Part shown: positions 37,628-51,660 of the stretch, one piece after another | Layout: each line of letters begins with the position of its first letter | Position numbering within the stretch: position 1 is the first letter of the stretch | NCBI GenBank assembly: GCA_002245135.1 | Contig: NGBS01000874.1 | Location: 248,001 to 312,000, forward strand | DNA: 64,000 nucleotides | Reading direction: 5' to 3' | From: Proteromonas lacertae | Lineage: Eukaryota | Made by a program: the position numbers and the translations under genes | Notes under the pieces: generated by a model | The model's database searches: none | The model's input: only the letters and a program-made list of their open reading frames with translations | What the model was told of the DNA's origin: nothing

Positions 37628-40600
37628 TTAATTCATTCTTCCTCTACAATTAGCAGCACCACAATTACATGGAATGCCTTCTTCTTCAAATGGAAACTTA
37701 TAATCATATCTATTAATTAATAACAATGATATATACGTAATTTCTTCATTCTTTTTGATACATTTATTAGAAAACATTACAATATGATCAATTCCTTTCA
37801 CACTTATGATCTTAGAATAACAATTCGGCTATAATCACAATATAAATACATTAATATATATACTTCACAACAATGATTAATAAATCTTCCAATATTTCCT
37901 TTCATCGTTGCATCAACCACATAATTAGTATTTAATCTAAACATATAACAACTACCAAGTCCTCTTTCTGTGTATTTCTTCTCTCTTTCATCAGCAACAC
38001 GATTTCTTATCAATTCACCCACATATTCTATTACCATTGAATCTTTTGCTATATCACTTTTACTAAACAAACCCCAACCGTGAATTGTACTTGTTCTAAC
38101 TTCAAATCTTTCACTAAATGGCTTTGACATTAATTTTGCATATGCTTCTTCATAACTTTCTGGAAATACTTTTATGATAAGATTAGATCCATTTTGTGAT
38201 GATTGATTTGATGCTTCTTTTTTTGCATTCTTCTGTCTTGATTTTCCTGTATTTTTTCTCATTCTATTTCAATGATAATAATAAGATAATTATGTAATTT
38301 ATATACGGTTTTTCAATTATGTCATTGATTGGCAAGCATCTAAATGATTCATTATGATAAGTATCAGTCATTCTGTTATTATTAAAACTATCAGAATTAT
38401 TATTCATTTCATTATTATATTCTTTAATTGTTTTATTTGTAATTGTCAAATATTTAAACTTATATATTGGCCATCCGCTTGGTGGATATGAATTAGAAAT
38501 TGCATATGGTAAATTCTCTATTCTTTCTTGAATCTGTTTAATACCAATTCCAAAGAAATGCTCACTTTTCAAACCATAAATACTATTACCATAATCAAAT
38601 CTATTTCTATATAAATTTGGATTTTCTATACAAAATATAATAAAAACAAAAAGTAATATACTTTCATGATTAACCTTTTGTGTTCTATCAAGTAATTCCC
38701 TCACACAACCATCAATATCATTTGATTCTATTGGGTTAATATCTCCATCTAATGATGTAATTCTAAATACAGGTTTTCCACACATTGCATCACCAGGTTT
38801 TGCCTTTGTATAATCAACAAGAACCTTATTAAAACTCTTTAATATAGGCAAACATTCATCAATTTCTAAACAATATAAACACCTCTTATAACTTATTGTA
38901 CTACTCCAATAGATTCTATAAGCTTTATATCCTTTTGGATAAATATAATTACTATCATGCATCCAAGGATTTCTATTGATATATCCTAAATTAGTTACTG
39001 TTAAATTACCAATTCTGTAGATTGTATCTTGGTTGATTTTTATTCTGCTATTTAAACTATTTCCAGTCATTTGTGAAACGATTTGTGGAGGATCATCAAC
39101 AAATACACATCTCTTTATATCATTACTAATAATTAACTGTCCTTTTATTCTCTCTTTTACCTGTTCTTCTTGAGTTTGAATCAATTTACGTTTGTTTAAT
39201 ATTTGGGTAGTCTTTTTTAGACTAAAAGCTTTGGTTTTTGTGTATTTTCTTGGTTTTTTATATACACCCGTTTCCTGTTTTATTAATTGTTGATTTTGTG
39301 CTGGTGGTGATTGAAATAATGGTATTCTTAGATTAATTTGTTCTTGTGTTTGTTGATTCTGTTCAAATGGTTGTTCTTCTTTAACTGGTGAAATTACAAT
39401 ACTCTTATTTGAACTTGGAGATGATGTATTTGATATTGGACTTAGACTGTTATTGACTTCATTAGTTGTATCAGAATATGGTGGTTTATACCAAGCTATA
39501 TCTTTATCTCCACCAAGTCTTTCACTCAACTTTGGCTTTTTACTACTGTTATTATCACAATCATGAAATGGACAATACAATTCTTTTGTTGCAGTAAAAA
39601 TGACTTTTACACTAATCGCACATGCATAATGATACCATTTTCTACATCCCATTAAACAACAGGGTAATGAAGCACCTGGTTTACTGCAAACACAACATCG
39701 TTGATTTTTACATGATATTTTTGCCTCATGAACTTTCTTTAATACACCAGTATTCATTTCTATTACTCCATGACTCCAAATACCACAATTTGCATGACAA
39801 AAACGATTATATGTCATATATAATAATCTTCCTTGAATAGGTTTATTCCCACATTCTCTAAACAAATATTATAACATATATATTATACTGACAGAATGTA
39901 CAAACTCTGAAATCTTTAATATTTTTGAATAAATTGACTGGAATGATATTAACATCTTCTTTTTCTATTGATATATTGTTATTATTGTCAATTTGAGAAG
40001 GAGATGCTTCTATTGCATCACTAAATGGGTAATAATCATTTCCAAAATCAACAATCATTCTAGTATCACATCTAAAAGAGAAATATAAATAAAAACGATT
40101 TGATTATATACAAACACAAGCTAATTTCAAATTCATTCATAGGATCAGGAATATACTACACAATAAATAGAATAAATATAATACTTCTGGTTTTAATTCA
40201 TTTGAAGTTATCCATAAATAAGCACTTCCATTAACAGCTTCAGTACATAATAAGTCAATATCTAAAGTGCAAAAGTCATTTTTCGTTGATAATAAATTCA
40301 TATTATTCAAGGCTCTTTTTCGATAGAAACTATTCATTAACATAATAATGAAAAAAATATTTATACTGTCTATATCTTACTTCCAACTTTTCTTGGATCT
40401 CACTAAATCTAAATTGACAGTTTTGAAAAACAATATCATGGTATTTTTCACTACTATTATATAATGATATCAATTTAAGTCTATCTTCAGCATGTTTTAT
40501 TGTAATTAAAAACTTGTCTCTTTGTTTCTCCAAGTATTGTCTATAATAGTTTCTATCAGCTTGTTCTTGAATCATACATCTCTCTGATATAAAATCTAAT

Positions 40601-43600
40601 CGAATTTGCTATTTAAAAAAGAAAATTTTAACATCGTTATTATACTTGTATTGATTTAATTCTATCAGCATATTCTCTTTTCAAAGGTTCTACTTTTTCT
40701 CCATCTTTACAATTACAACAGACAAAACCACTTATGAGATTTTGAGCTTTTCTTGATTTGATTAAAGATACTAATTGAACTGATTCAGCACATTCTCTAT
40801 GGAAATTCAACTATACAAAAAAAAATAGAATAATTAACTTCATACATGACATCTAAAACATTGTACAGTTTCTCTACCTAATTCTCTTGAACATACTTTA
40901 CACTTCATAGTATTACTCACTAAAAAGTTTGGATATTGAGCACTTGAATTTGTTGAGTTATTCCTTAAAAACTCAGCTTCAGTACTTCTTGCAAAACTAT
41001 TCAATGATGATGTTGATGTTGGTGTTGTTAATGAAGTACTAGGAGTAGAACAAGCAGATGATAGAAGAGAAATTAATGGAGATGAAGGAAATGATAATTG
41101 ATTTGATAATTGTTGTTGTTGTAATGTCAATTGACTTATTGAAGCAATTGTATTTTGAATATCAGTTTGTATTTGTTTAATTCGTTGTTTGATGTTATTC
41201 TGATCTGCAATACTGATTTCAGTTAAATGTTCAAATCTTTCTTGATATTCTAATTGTAATTGTTGACATTTCTGTTGAAACTGTAGTTGATTATATTGAT
41301 TTTGTTGTTGTTTTTGTTTTATGATATTTATTTTACTTTGATATTCATTTTGTAAATACTGTTGATTGTCTTGATATTTCTGTATTGAATCTGAAAGATG
41401 TACTTTCTGCTCTTCTAATTCTCTTTGTTGATCTTCTTGATGTTCTTGCAGTTTTTGTTTCTCTATTTGTATTTGTTCTCTTTTCTGTTGTTCTATCTCA
41501 GAATTCTGTGACTTTGTTTCTTTTATCATTTCTTTTCTTGCGCAACTTATACATAACCTCTATCTTTGTTCCCCAATTGGTAGTTTTTATCTTTTCTTTA
41601 GCAATTTACACACTATTTAAAATAAAATAATAACAAATGATAAAATAATACTTTAACACAATAACCACAATACCAATTACCTTCAGGAATTGAACAAAGA
41701 GGAGGTTCTAAACAATAAATATGAAATGTTCTTTCACAATTATCACAAATCAAAAGATTATTCTCATCATTTCCATTACATTTTCCACAACTTTCACATA
41801 CTTTACAATTTGGACATCTCCATCCAATCACTCTATTCACATTCTTCAATCCAATACAATACTTATGAAAACATTCACCACAGTCAATACAATAAATCAT
41901 ATCTTCACTATCACCATCACTTCCACAAATTATACACATTTCAACTGTTGATAAATACTTTAACTTTGAAGGATACATTTGAAATTGTGTTCTAAAATAA
42001 CATTCCACTGATTTATGTTCTATTTCCATTTGATCTTCATTCTCTGAAGAGGAAACATCAACTGATTGATTATCAAATGGTCTGTTATTATTATTATTAT
42101 TATCAATAGTAATTGTATTTGTTTTATCTTCAATAGGTAATATTCCATTATTATTCTCTAATTTTAATGTTAATTCTTGTTCGTATTTAATCTGATTAAT
42201 ATGTTTTATATTATGGCTTGGATTTGTATATCCAAATATTGATTTAAATAAACCAGTTCCAATATTCAATATTCTAAATGCTTCATTCCATATAATCTGT
42301 TGTGGAGGATTATAGATAATTGCATTCTTAATCATTAACTCAAAATCACTTCTCATTTCTTGAGGATGTCTATAAATACCTTTTAACACTTTCATTGACA
42401 TATTTGAAATATCCATTGGATGTGCGATAAAGTTATAATAATCAGGAGCTTGATCTATTGTTACAGGTATTAAAAATATCTGAAATTTATCTTCACCAAC
42501 AATATCTGCTAAGAATTTCAACATTAATAGTTTTCTACAATGTTTACAGTGATAATGATTATTATATAAGTAATGATTAGCTTGACAATATTTGTTCTTT
42601 GTCTTTCTTTGTTAAATTATCACATTCTAAATGCACATATAATAAACATAAATCACACTGAAGTGTATTGTCTAAATCTGTTTCTTTCACTATTCTTTGG
42701 CATTTACTACAAATCAATTTCTTGTAGTAGAATTGCATCTATTTTATTATTATTATTATTATTATAAATTATACACATTCTTCACAATAATACAATAATT
42801 TATTTCTCCAAACAGTAGGTAAATACTTATTCAACTTCTTTCCACAACCACTAAATGGATAATATATTAATTTATAACAATATACTTGCATTTCAAACAA
42901 TCCAGACATATATAATTATCAATTATCTCCAAGAATGTAAGTGGTGGATCTAAACAACTGTTGTGATACGATCTATGACATTTCATACACTTTATCAATT
43001 GAGGTGGTGACTGTAATCTACAATATTGACATCTATCACTTGATAATTCATTATCCCACTTCATTTCAGTTGAATATTCTTCAATATAATTCATTTCAAT
43101 ATCTGTTAAATCTCTCCATTCTGGTGAATATATTGAATCGGCATACATTATGAAATACTATTAATAATATAAGATAATAAAAAGATATATCAATACATGT
43201 TTATTTTCTTTATTATACAATCGAATAATTGCTTTTTCTTTAACTTTACACTTTGGTAATGAAAATTCAACCAAACGATTGAGTAATGTTTTTGGATTCT
43301 TTGGATTTGGTTCATCTTCTTTGGGTCTTTTTAATTCTGCATAATCAGGATCAAAGAACTTTCTTATATTTTCCATTAAAGTATATTCTTCTCTAGCAAC
43401 TTTCACTGCTCTTACAAAATCTTTACCATTTTTAGATTTATTATATTGTTCAAAACCTTCTTTAAAATCTTTTATATTCTTCTTTTTTACATTTGCTTCA
43501 GAATTATCATCAAAAAAAATATAACGAATCTAATAATAAAAAAGTAGAAATGATTAATGAAATACATCTTTTTTAATTCCATATTTATATTGTTCAGCTA

Positions 43601-44876
43601 CTTTACCAGGCCACCAAGGATAATCAGAAACTTTAAACCAATTAATTGACTTTGTAAACAAACATTCACATTTCTCAGGAACAAAATAATACTTCTTTGG
43701 AGTATTATCTTCTTCTTTAACATTATTATTATTATTTCTACTCTCTTCGACAATTACAAATCTTTTCTTTTCATCATCATAATTCAACAATCGATACTAT
43801 ATATATATATATAATATTATTAATAATTATACTCCTATCCATTTAAATATATCATGATCCTCCTCATCTGCACCAAAATATTGACATATTAATATCTCAT
43901 GTCCAATTGCTTCTTCCTCCATGAAAAAATCTACAAATAATAATAAACATAAGATATAAGATATATATATATATATATATATACCTTCACTTTCCATTAT
44001 CTTCATACACTTAGGACAATACCAATCTCCTGATGGAACTTCTTTTAATGGTGGATTTAGACATTTGTAATGATAATCTCTATCACATCTATCACATATA
44101 ATAATATCACTTCTTTTATCACTTGTTCCACATATAACACAGTCACTGATTTGGTCTGGATTTAATACTTCGTATTCAATATGAGAATTATTATTATTAT
44201 TATTAATATCGTTATTATCATATACATAATCAGGAACTATTATCTCATCTTCATCATCATCATTTATATTCATTTCATTTTCATTTTCTTCATCATTATC
44301 TTCTATTTCCATTTCTAATCCTAAATCTTTCTCAACTTTAGGTTTTCTTCCTCTTTTTGTTTTGGTTGAATTACTTATTTCATTTGTTATCTATTCATTA
44401 AAAAAATGATTTAAAAAATACAATTTTTGTTTTCTTTTTCCAATTAGGGTGTTTAAATGGGAAATAAACTTCATTAATTTGTGTTATATACTATGCAATA
44501 AACTTAAAAACCAATTATACTCGTTTCATATTCCCAAACTCAAAGTGTATGAAATCAATCTTTGGAATATACTATTTTAAAATAAATAAAGTGATGCTTA
44601 ATACGCTCCAGAATGGGTTAGAATGCTATGCAATACATAAAAGATGAAATATACGTAAATAAATCTATTGACAGTTTCAATAGCATCACGTGGTAGTCTC
44701 ACACGCTAAATTGTTTAAGAAGTGAGATAAATACTATAAGTTGATCTGTTCTGAAAATTATTCTTTTATTCATATTGGACTCTGCAATTACCTTTTCTAT
44801 CATCTCATTCACCACATTAATAAGAATAGAATTTTTATTCTCTGAAGAAACTATCGTCATCCTCCTCAATTTCCAT
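37628..44876 (-). CDS. Trithorax/MLL (KMT2)-type histone H3K4 methyltransferase
   Basis: AT-hook KRGRKPK, PHD fingers, PWWP (DYPWWPG), bromodomain ([13 protein letters not shown]), extended PHD, FYRN/FYRC ([14 protein letters not shown]), SET (IHGWGLF, RFINHCC, YDYKF) and post-SET ([13 protein letters not shown]). Many introns and a few +1 insertions. Confidence 0.9.
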
Positions 44877-44971
44877 TAAAATGATAAATGGATTTGATAA
44901 AAGCTTGTACAACAATTACATGTAATTGTGTATTTTTGACAAAGAAATTTCAGTTAGTCGATTATGTGTAA

Positions 44972-46343
44972 ATGAGTCAATTGTTGACAGGGACACCATT
45001 TGCATTAGAGTGCGTGCATGGTAAGCAAGGTGAAGCAACCACTCGTTTGTACTTAAAGTGTAATGATAGTCAAAAGAGTGTAATGTCGGATTTCTGTTCC
45101 ACTTCTATCGTAACTTTTATCCTTGCGCGAGATTCCAAGAGAACGAGGTAGTTTAATAAACACTTCTGAGAGTTATTATATCTTCTGTAACACTGCAAGT
45201 GGTAGTTATCTTTTACCAAATATGAAATGGTCCAGAGAATCAACTTTAACACCTGAACCTCAAGCAGTAACAATCCATACAACTGATGATACTCAACCGT
45301 CTTTTCAATCCTTTATATACTTTGAATTATCGAATAAAGCCAGATAAATATATATATTATCGTCCAATTATATGGTTTTAGAAAAGTAACCACCTAAAAG
45401 AAGTTACTTATACTGTATGAATATATTGTTTGTTTATTTTTGAATAGATTTTTAGGATTATATCTCCTTCTCTTACAGAATTAATTAATGTAAACATCAA
45501 CAGAGAAATGCGAACCATCAATGCAGTAATTAACAGACAATTAAGGAATGATAATAATAATAATGATAAAAAGAAAGTTAGAATAACTGAAATAGATGAT
45601 GATGATGATGATGATAAAGAAATAATAGAAGAAAAAGAAACTGATGAAGAAAAAGAAAAAGAAAAAAACTTCAATTTAGGGAAATATCCTGAAATTATCC
45701 AATATACAATCGCCTCCTATATACCTCATTGGGTAAAGATATTTCATTCAGCGAATAAGAAATGGAATGATATAACCAACAGTTTTATGAAATCTATTTA
45801 TTGCTGTAATAATGACAATGGATTTTCTGAGATGGTAAGTGGTAAAAAAGTGATAAAGTTAATAGAAAATACTGTTAATTTAAAGAAATTAGAATTGAGA
45901 AATGTATCTGATTTGAATTATAGTAATTATATAACAATATGTGAGTGTAGAATGTTAATGTATTTGAACTTGGGTGGATGTCATATTAAAGATGAAATAT
46001 TGATATTAATATCAGGGAAACTTGTTAATTTAGTTAATTTAAATATCGCAATGGGTGAAATAACAAATTTGGGGTTGAAATGTATGTGTGAAAAACTGAA
46101 AGACTTAAGAATATTGAATATATGTGGTTGTGAAGGTGTTAATAAAGATAGTATTAAATACTTAATGTATATATTTATTATATTATGTAATTATTGTTAA
46201 ATAGACAACTTAAAGATTTAAAAACATTGAATATTAGAGGAACAAAGTTGAATTTTAAAGATACAACTACAATAAAGAATATATTGAATGACTGTGATGT
46301 TTTGTATGGTCAATTCGATAAATTCAATAGTATCTATAGTTAA
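44972..46343 (+). CDS. F-box-like/LRR protein
   Basis: LGKYPEIIQYTIASYI...NKKWN is F-box-like, followed by cysteine-containing LRRs (LNLGGCHIKDE, LNICGCEGV). The 5' exons (44972-45415) are tentative. Confidence 0.6.
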
Positions 46344-46512
46344 AAATTATTATTTATAAAAACAATTATATATATACATATTATTTATTATAAAACCTTA
46401 TGTCTATTTTTATATATATATATTTTTTTGTTTTTGTTTTTTAAATAAATAAATAAAAGAAAGATTTAAATAGAATATTACTATTTATTATAATAAAATA
46501 AAAATTATTAAT

Positions 46513-48049
46513 TTATGTATAAAAATTAGCTTCTTTTATTCCATAATAAGGATCTTCAGGTATATCTTCTCCCAATATTCTCTCCTGTTCAGCTGCATAT
46601 ATTTCTTCTTCTTTCTCCATTCTCTTGGCTAAAGCTAATTCATACTGTCTATCTCTCTCATCTCTATCTTTATTATATCTCATCTGTCTCATTAATAATT
46701 GTTGATTCTGTATATTCATTTCTCTGATTCTTCTTTGTTTTTCCATCTCTTCTGCTTCTTCTCTTGCTACTTTTCTATCTAATTCTTCTCCATATATCTT
46801 CTTTTGTACTTTTTCATAATCTTTTGCTGCTGATTTTTCTTCACATTGAATGTGTCTTTCTGCTAATACGTTCTTTAATAGATTCTCTCTATATAGTCTC
46901 TGTCTTTCCCATTCTGCATCTTCTTTGGCTTGTACTTGTTTATTTACTTCCTCAATGAATTTATCACGATCTAATCAAAATATAGATAATTTATAAATAT
47001 ATACTGACAAAATTTTCTTTATCTCTTGCCATTTGTATTTTCAATTGTTCTTGATATTCAATACACTCTCTTCTTATTCTCTCAGCTTCTTTTCTCTCAT
47101 TTGCAATGTCACTGGCTTCTTTTGCTAATAAATTATTAATTAATGCTCTATCATTGGCTTTCTCTTCCAACATCTCTCTCTTCTTTCGATCTAACAAACC
47201 ATTATTATATTGAACAATTATAGGCTCGTTCTCTCTCAAGCCTTTTTGCTAATTCATATGCTTGTCTTTCTGCTTCTTGTTCTTCCCATTCCCATTGCTT
47301 ATGCAATTGTTCTCTTTCTCTCTGTAATTGTGCATTTGACTCAGCACCTATTAATTCATGATCTTTGACTTGAATGTCTAATAGTCGTTTAGTCTCTTTA
47401 TTTAATTCAATTATTGCATTTACATCTTGTAGTTCTCTTTCTACTTTTCTTAATCTATCTTTATCCCATACATCAGCCCAATATTCTTCTTCTTTCTTTT
47501 CTTGCTCTTCTCTTTGTTTCTTTTCTTCTAATTGCTTTCTACGACCTTCATGTGCTATTCTCCAACATCTGACTTTACTAGTCTTTGTACGAAGCTCATC
47601 ACAACTATCTTTGAATTGTCTTTCATACATCTCAGCAACAAATTGTTGACGTATTTTATCATTCTCTGCTCTTAATGCTAAAGCTCTTTGCTTGATCTTT
47701 TCATTCTTTTCTTCATATGTTTCTGGTCTACCTCTTAGTTCTGTTTCATAATTCTGTTGTTCTTCTAAAAATAAACGGGCTAAACGACCTCTACGTTCAT
47801 TTAGTTGTTCTTTTGCTTGTTTTCGCATTTCTTCAGCTTTTCTTCTTATATTTGTATTTTCTATAACACCATTCATTCTATTTTCCCAGTTAGCTTTTCT
47901 GGCAATTAAATCATCAACCTATTATCAAAATTAACAAATAACTCTAATACTTTTATTCTTCTCATTATAGCCTCTCTTTCTATTTCTCGTTCTCTATCCT
48001 TAGCAAAAGTCTCAAGAAAGGCATTTCTTGGCTTCACGTTGTTCATCAT
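46513..48049 (-). CDS. CFAP53: Cilia- and flagella-associated protein 53 (CCDC11), trichohyalin-plectin-homology coiled coil
   Basis: LNERRGRLARLFLEEQQNYETEL, RQFKDSCDELR and EEEYWADVWDKDRLRK match the CFAP53 pattern. One +1 insertion near 47222. Confidence 0.75.
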
Positions 48050-48080
48050 TTCAAAAACTGAATTAAAAAAAACGATTTTG

Positions 48081-48095
48081 GCTTGGCTTGATCAA
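48081..48095. promoter_or_regulatory. GCTTGGCTTGATCAA element in the CFAP53/DRC10 bidirectional promoter
   Basis: Lies within the 84-bp spacer between two divergent ATGs; identical to 7001-7015. Confidence 0.55.
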
Positions 48096-48133
48096 AAGTT
48101 GTTATTTTCATTAAAAAGTCGATTTATGAATGA

Positions 48134-49400
48134 ATGAGTGAGCAAACTATTGACTTACTAGGAGATTGTTTGGAGAAGTTCAGGTACCTCATGTATCTAC
48201 CTGAAGATTATGATCAAACTCTCCTTCATGAAGTAGAAGTATTCCATTCTATTTAAAATCTGTATAGGATCAAGCTCCTGCTATCGTATCCAGTCTAATG
48301 AAAGACTTGTGGAAAGTATTAATATTAATAATAACATAATTAAAAATAGTTTGAAGAAGCATCCTGATGTAATAAGACACAATATGGAAAATGTCGAGTC
48401 ATTAGATACTCAGCTCAAATTTGTGCATTATAGTTGATTTAGACTCAGCCATAAGAGAATTATCAAGAGAATTAAAATCACAGATTCAAATCCAACATTT
48501 ATTAACAAAAGATAAACAACCAATCAATCAAGGAGCTACTCGATTTCTTATTCTATTCGATCAATATATTCAAGGTGTGAAAAAGAGATTAAATGAATCA
48601 CAGGAAGAAATATTTAGTATTATATATATTTATATAATAATAATAATAATATATTATATAGATCGTAGAAATGAAGAGAATAAATTATACAAATCAATAC
48701 TCTCCAATGAAGCTCAACAAAAGACATTGGAAGTTGAATATAAAACACAATCAGAAAAACATAAAAAAGAGCTTGATTCAATACAAGCTACAATTGATAA
48801 TTTAATGACCAAGTTAGGTGATTTGAAAGCTAATTATGAGAAGAATATGAAGAAAATGAAGGAAGGTACTGAAAAACAAACTATAGAAGAGACAACTAAC
48901 CATACTACAAAGAAAACAACTGAAGAAACTAAACAGAGTGAATTGAATAAACAATATGAGAAACAGAATAGAGATAATAAGTATATATATTATTTATTTA
49001 TATTTAATTTAGAACAACACATGATCCAATGACCAAAACTAGAGCAAGATTACGAAATGAGTTAGCTGAACTTCTAGATAAGTATGATAAAGATGTCGGT
49101 TACTGGGATTTCCGAATAAAAGAGTTAGAAGCAGAACATAATAAAGAATTAAAGGAATTAGCAGTATTAAGTGAGTATTTCAGAAAGATAGATGATGAGA
49201 ATGCTAGAATACAAGCTGAAGAAGATCATATAAAAGCAGAACAAACGAAGATATCTGATTATATGATTATACTAGGAAATTCAGCAATTGGTTTACAGAG
49301 GATATACAGAGGTTTTGCTGCTAGGAAGTTTGTTAAAGCTTTGAAAGCTAAACTGAAGAAGAAGCGTAGAAAGGGAAAGAAGAAGGGTAAGAAGAAGTAG
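48134..49400 (+). CDS. DRC10: Dynein regulatory complex subunit DRC10 (IQCD)-like
   Basis: Long coiled coil, LLDKYDKD, C-terminal IQ motif (AIGLQRIYRGFAARK) and Lys-rich tail KKKRRKGKKKGKKK. DRC9/IQCG is not fully excluded. Confidence 0.7.
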
Positions 49401-49567
49401 ATATATTTTTATTTTTAAGATTAACAAATTAAAATAATAAAATTAAATTATATATGTAATTATTGAAGAATATTGTTTTTTTTACCTCATACAAAAATAT
49501 AAATATAATGGCAAATAGGTTAATACATCATAATGTTAAATTTACTTAAATAATTAGAGTAAACTAC

Positions 49568-51176
49568 TTAATCAGATTGGTTAATAGGTTCAGCTTCTTT
49601 TGTTTCTTGAACTGGAACATGTTCTTTTTGCTCAACTGCTATATCAGCAACTTTATTTGCATCATCAACATCAATCTCTTCTTTCTTATCTTCTACAGCA
49701 TTTTCATTGTTAATATTATCTGGTTTATCTTCAACAACAATATTCTTATCTGATGGAGTAATTACACCTTCATTTTCACTATTTTTTGGATGATGGTTTT
49801 TCTGTATTAATATCACTCATTTCTTTAGAATTCTTATGTCCTGATGCTGCTGAAGCTGTTGGTGATGATTTCTTTATATTTAAATGTTGATAACCTTGGA
49901 AATATTTCCATGTATAATATAATAAACAACCAACCATATCAAAGACACCAAATACAGTAATAATATATGACAATATAATAGTAAAATCTAGCCAACTATC
50001 ACCTTCAGTAAAATTCTTAATAAACATCACAATTATAGAAGCTAAATAACCAAATGCATCACATAAATACATTAAGAATCCAGAATTAGCATTAACTTGA
50101 AATGCAGCAATCATTCTATCGAATAATATGCTATTAAAAGGTATATATCCAATATATATTCCAACACCACAAGCTACCATCCAAACTGTTCCACTAATAC
50201 TTCCTTTATCATAAGCAAGTGTAATAGCTCCACTTACTAGTAATCCCATTGTAATAATAACGAAATATAAACCATATCCTAACATATTATTACCTAATAA
50301 CATTAAACAAGCGATTGGAATAACAACAATAACTGCTACACATATTTCTGAAGTGGTATAGATTTGAGGTGTTTCTTCTGAACCTAATATTGCATTCCAT
50401 AGTTCTGGTGCGAAATTATCACGGAAATCCCTAAATCCAGTTAAGAATGTGTAGAATAACACCATCATTACAATACCTGGTGCAAATGTATAACAAAACT
50501 CTTTTCTTTGTTTAGCATCCATTGTTGTATGTTCACTTCTTGTTGCTATATCATATTCATTAGGTGGTGGTAAAAGTACTAACATATAGGTAGATATCAG
50601 TAGAACTGGGTAAAATATAGCACCTACTGTGACTGGCATCCATTTTTCAGGTAATCCTTTGAGAATGAGGGCTTTTCCCACTGATTTTACTGCACCTGAT
50701 GATATAATAAAGGAGACAGCCATTCCTGAACCGAGGACTTCTGATGTCTTTCTACCTTCGAGAAATGCGTATACTATACCCCAGATTAAACCTAAAGGTA
50801 ATCCGTTGAAGAATAAACAAATCATAGAGTATGGAGTAGGAATCAATGGAAAGAATAGCAAGGCTATTTCGGATATGGTAATTAAGCCAATTGTAAGCTT
50901 ACCACGGTTATTTGGTGATAACTCAGATATGTACTTAATTCCAAGGAACTTTGAAAGTGTATAACCTATTGTTTGAACTGTAATAAGGATTGTCTTGTAA
51001 TCTACTCCCCATAATTCTTCTCCTTCGTATTTTAAGGCAGTGTATGGTTTTCTATAAGCATACATACTGAAATAACATATAAAAGCAAAAACAAAGCCAT
51101 ATATTGTCAATATCCAGTAATGCTTATCTAAGAATCTTGATAAGCAGTTATCTTTATTGTTTGTAACTATAGACAT
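49568..51176 (-). CDS. DUF5690-family (MFS-like) multi-pass membrane protein, intronless
   Basis: YFSMYAYRKPY, QTIGYTLSKFLGIKYISE, FFNGLPLGLIWG..FLEGR..SEVL, RDFRDNF, FDRMIA, N.GFLMYLCDAFGYL. A +1 shift at AAAAAATAG (about 49782) links an acidic tail. Confidence 0.8.
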
Positions 51177-51660
51177 TTTCTGTGACTATTTATGGGGTAA
51201 TAGACTAGACTAAATGAAAGAAACTAAAATCTGATTGGATAAACCAATATTCAAACATTTAATTTTGTCCGTTTCACTCTCTCTTTTTGATTCTTTTTAA
51301 TCTCATTACATAATTATTATATAACTAGGGTGTGATAATATACTATAATTCTATCAGAAGTTTATTCCTAAATAAATTATTAAAAAATATGACTTGGAGT
51401 TTACACTTGTTTATATAAATATAATATATGTGAATATTAGTAACAACAGATAATTATTTATATGTTATGTATGAATTTACTCTTGACATTTACTTTTTTA
51501 ATCTTAAGACTATATTTTAACCTATAATCTTCACTATAAGTTGATAAATGAGTAGATAACAATGGCATAATCAGAATAAAACAAGTTTTGCTTTCCTATT
51601 CTAATAAATTCAATAAAGAATTTAAACTCGGCTTGAAGTTCAGTTTTTTATTTGTTGAAT

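Noticed and set aside
44940..45350. Relatively GC-rich stretch that might be an ncRNA
   Set aside because: It can be spliced into an open frame from ATG 44972 leading toward the F-box/LRR gene, and no RNA family motif was recognised.
13106..46430. (TA)n, (AAT)n, (CAA)n and (GAT)n microsatellites
   Set aside because: Ordinary slippage tracts in introns or in poly-N/Q/D/E coding regions of an AT-rich genome.
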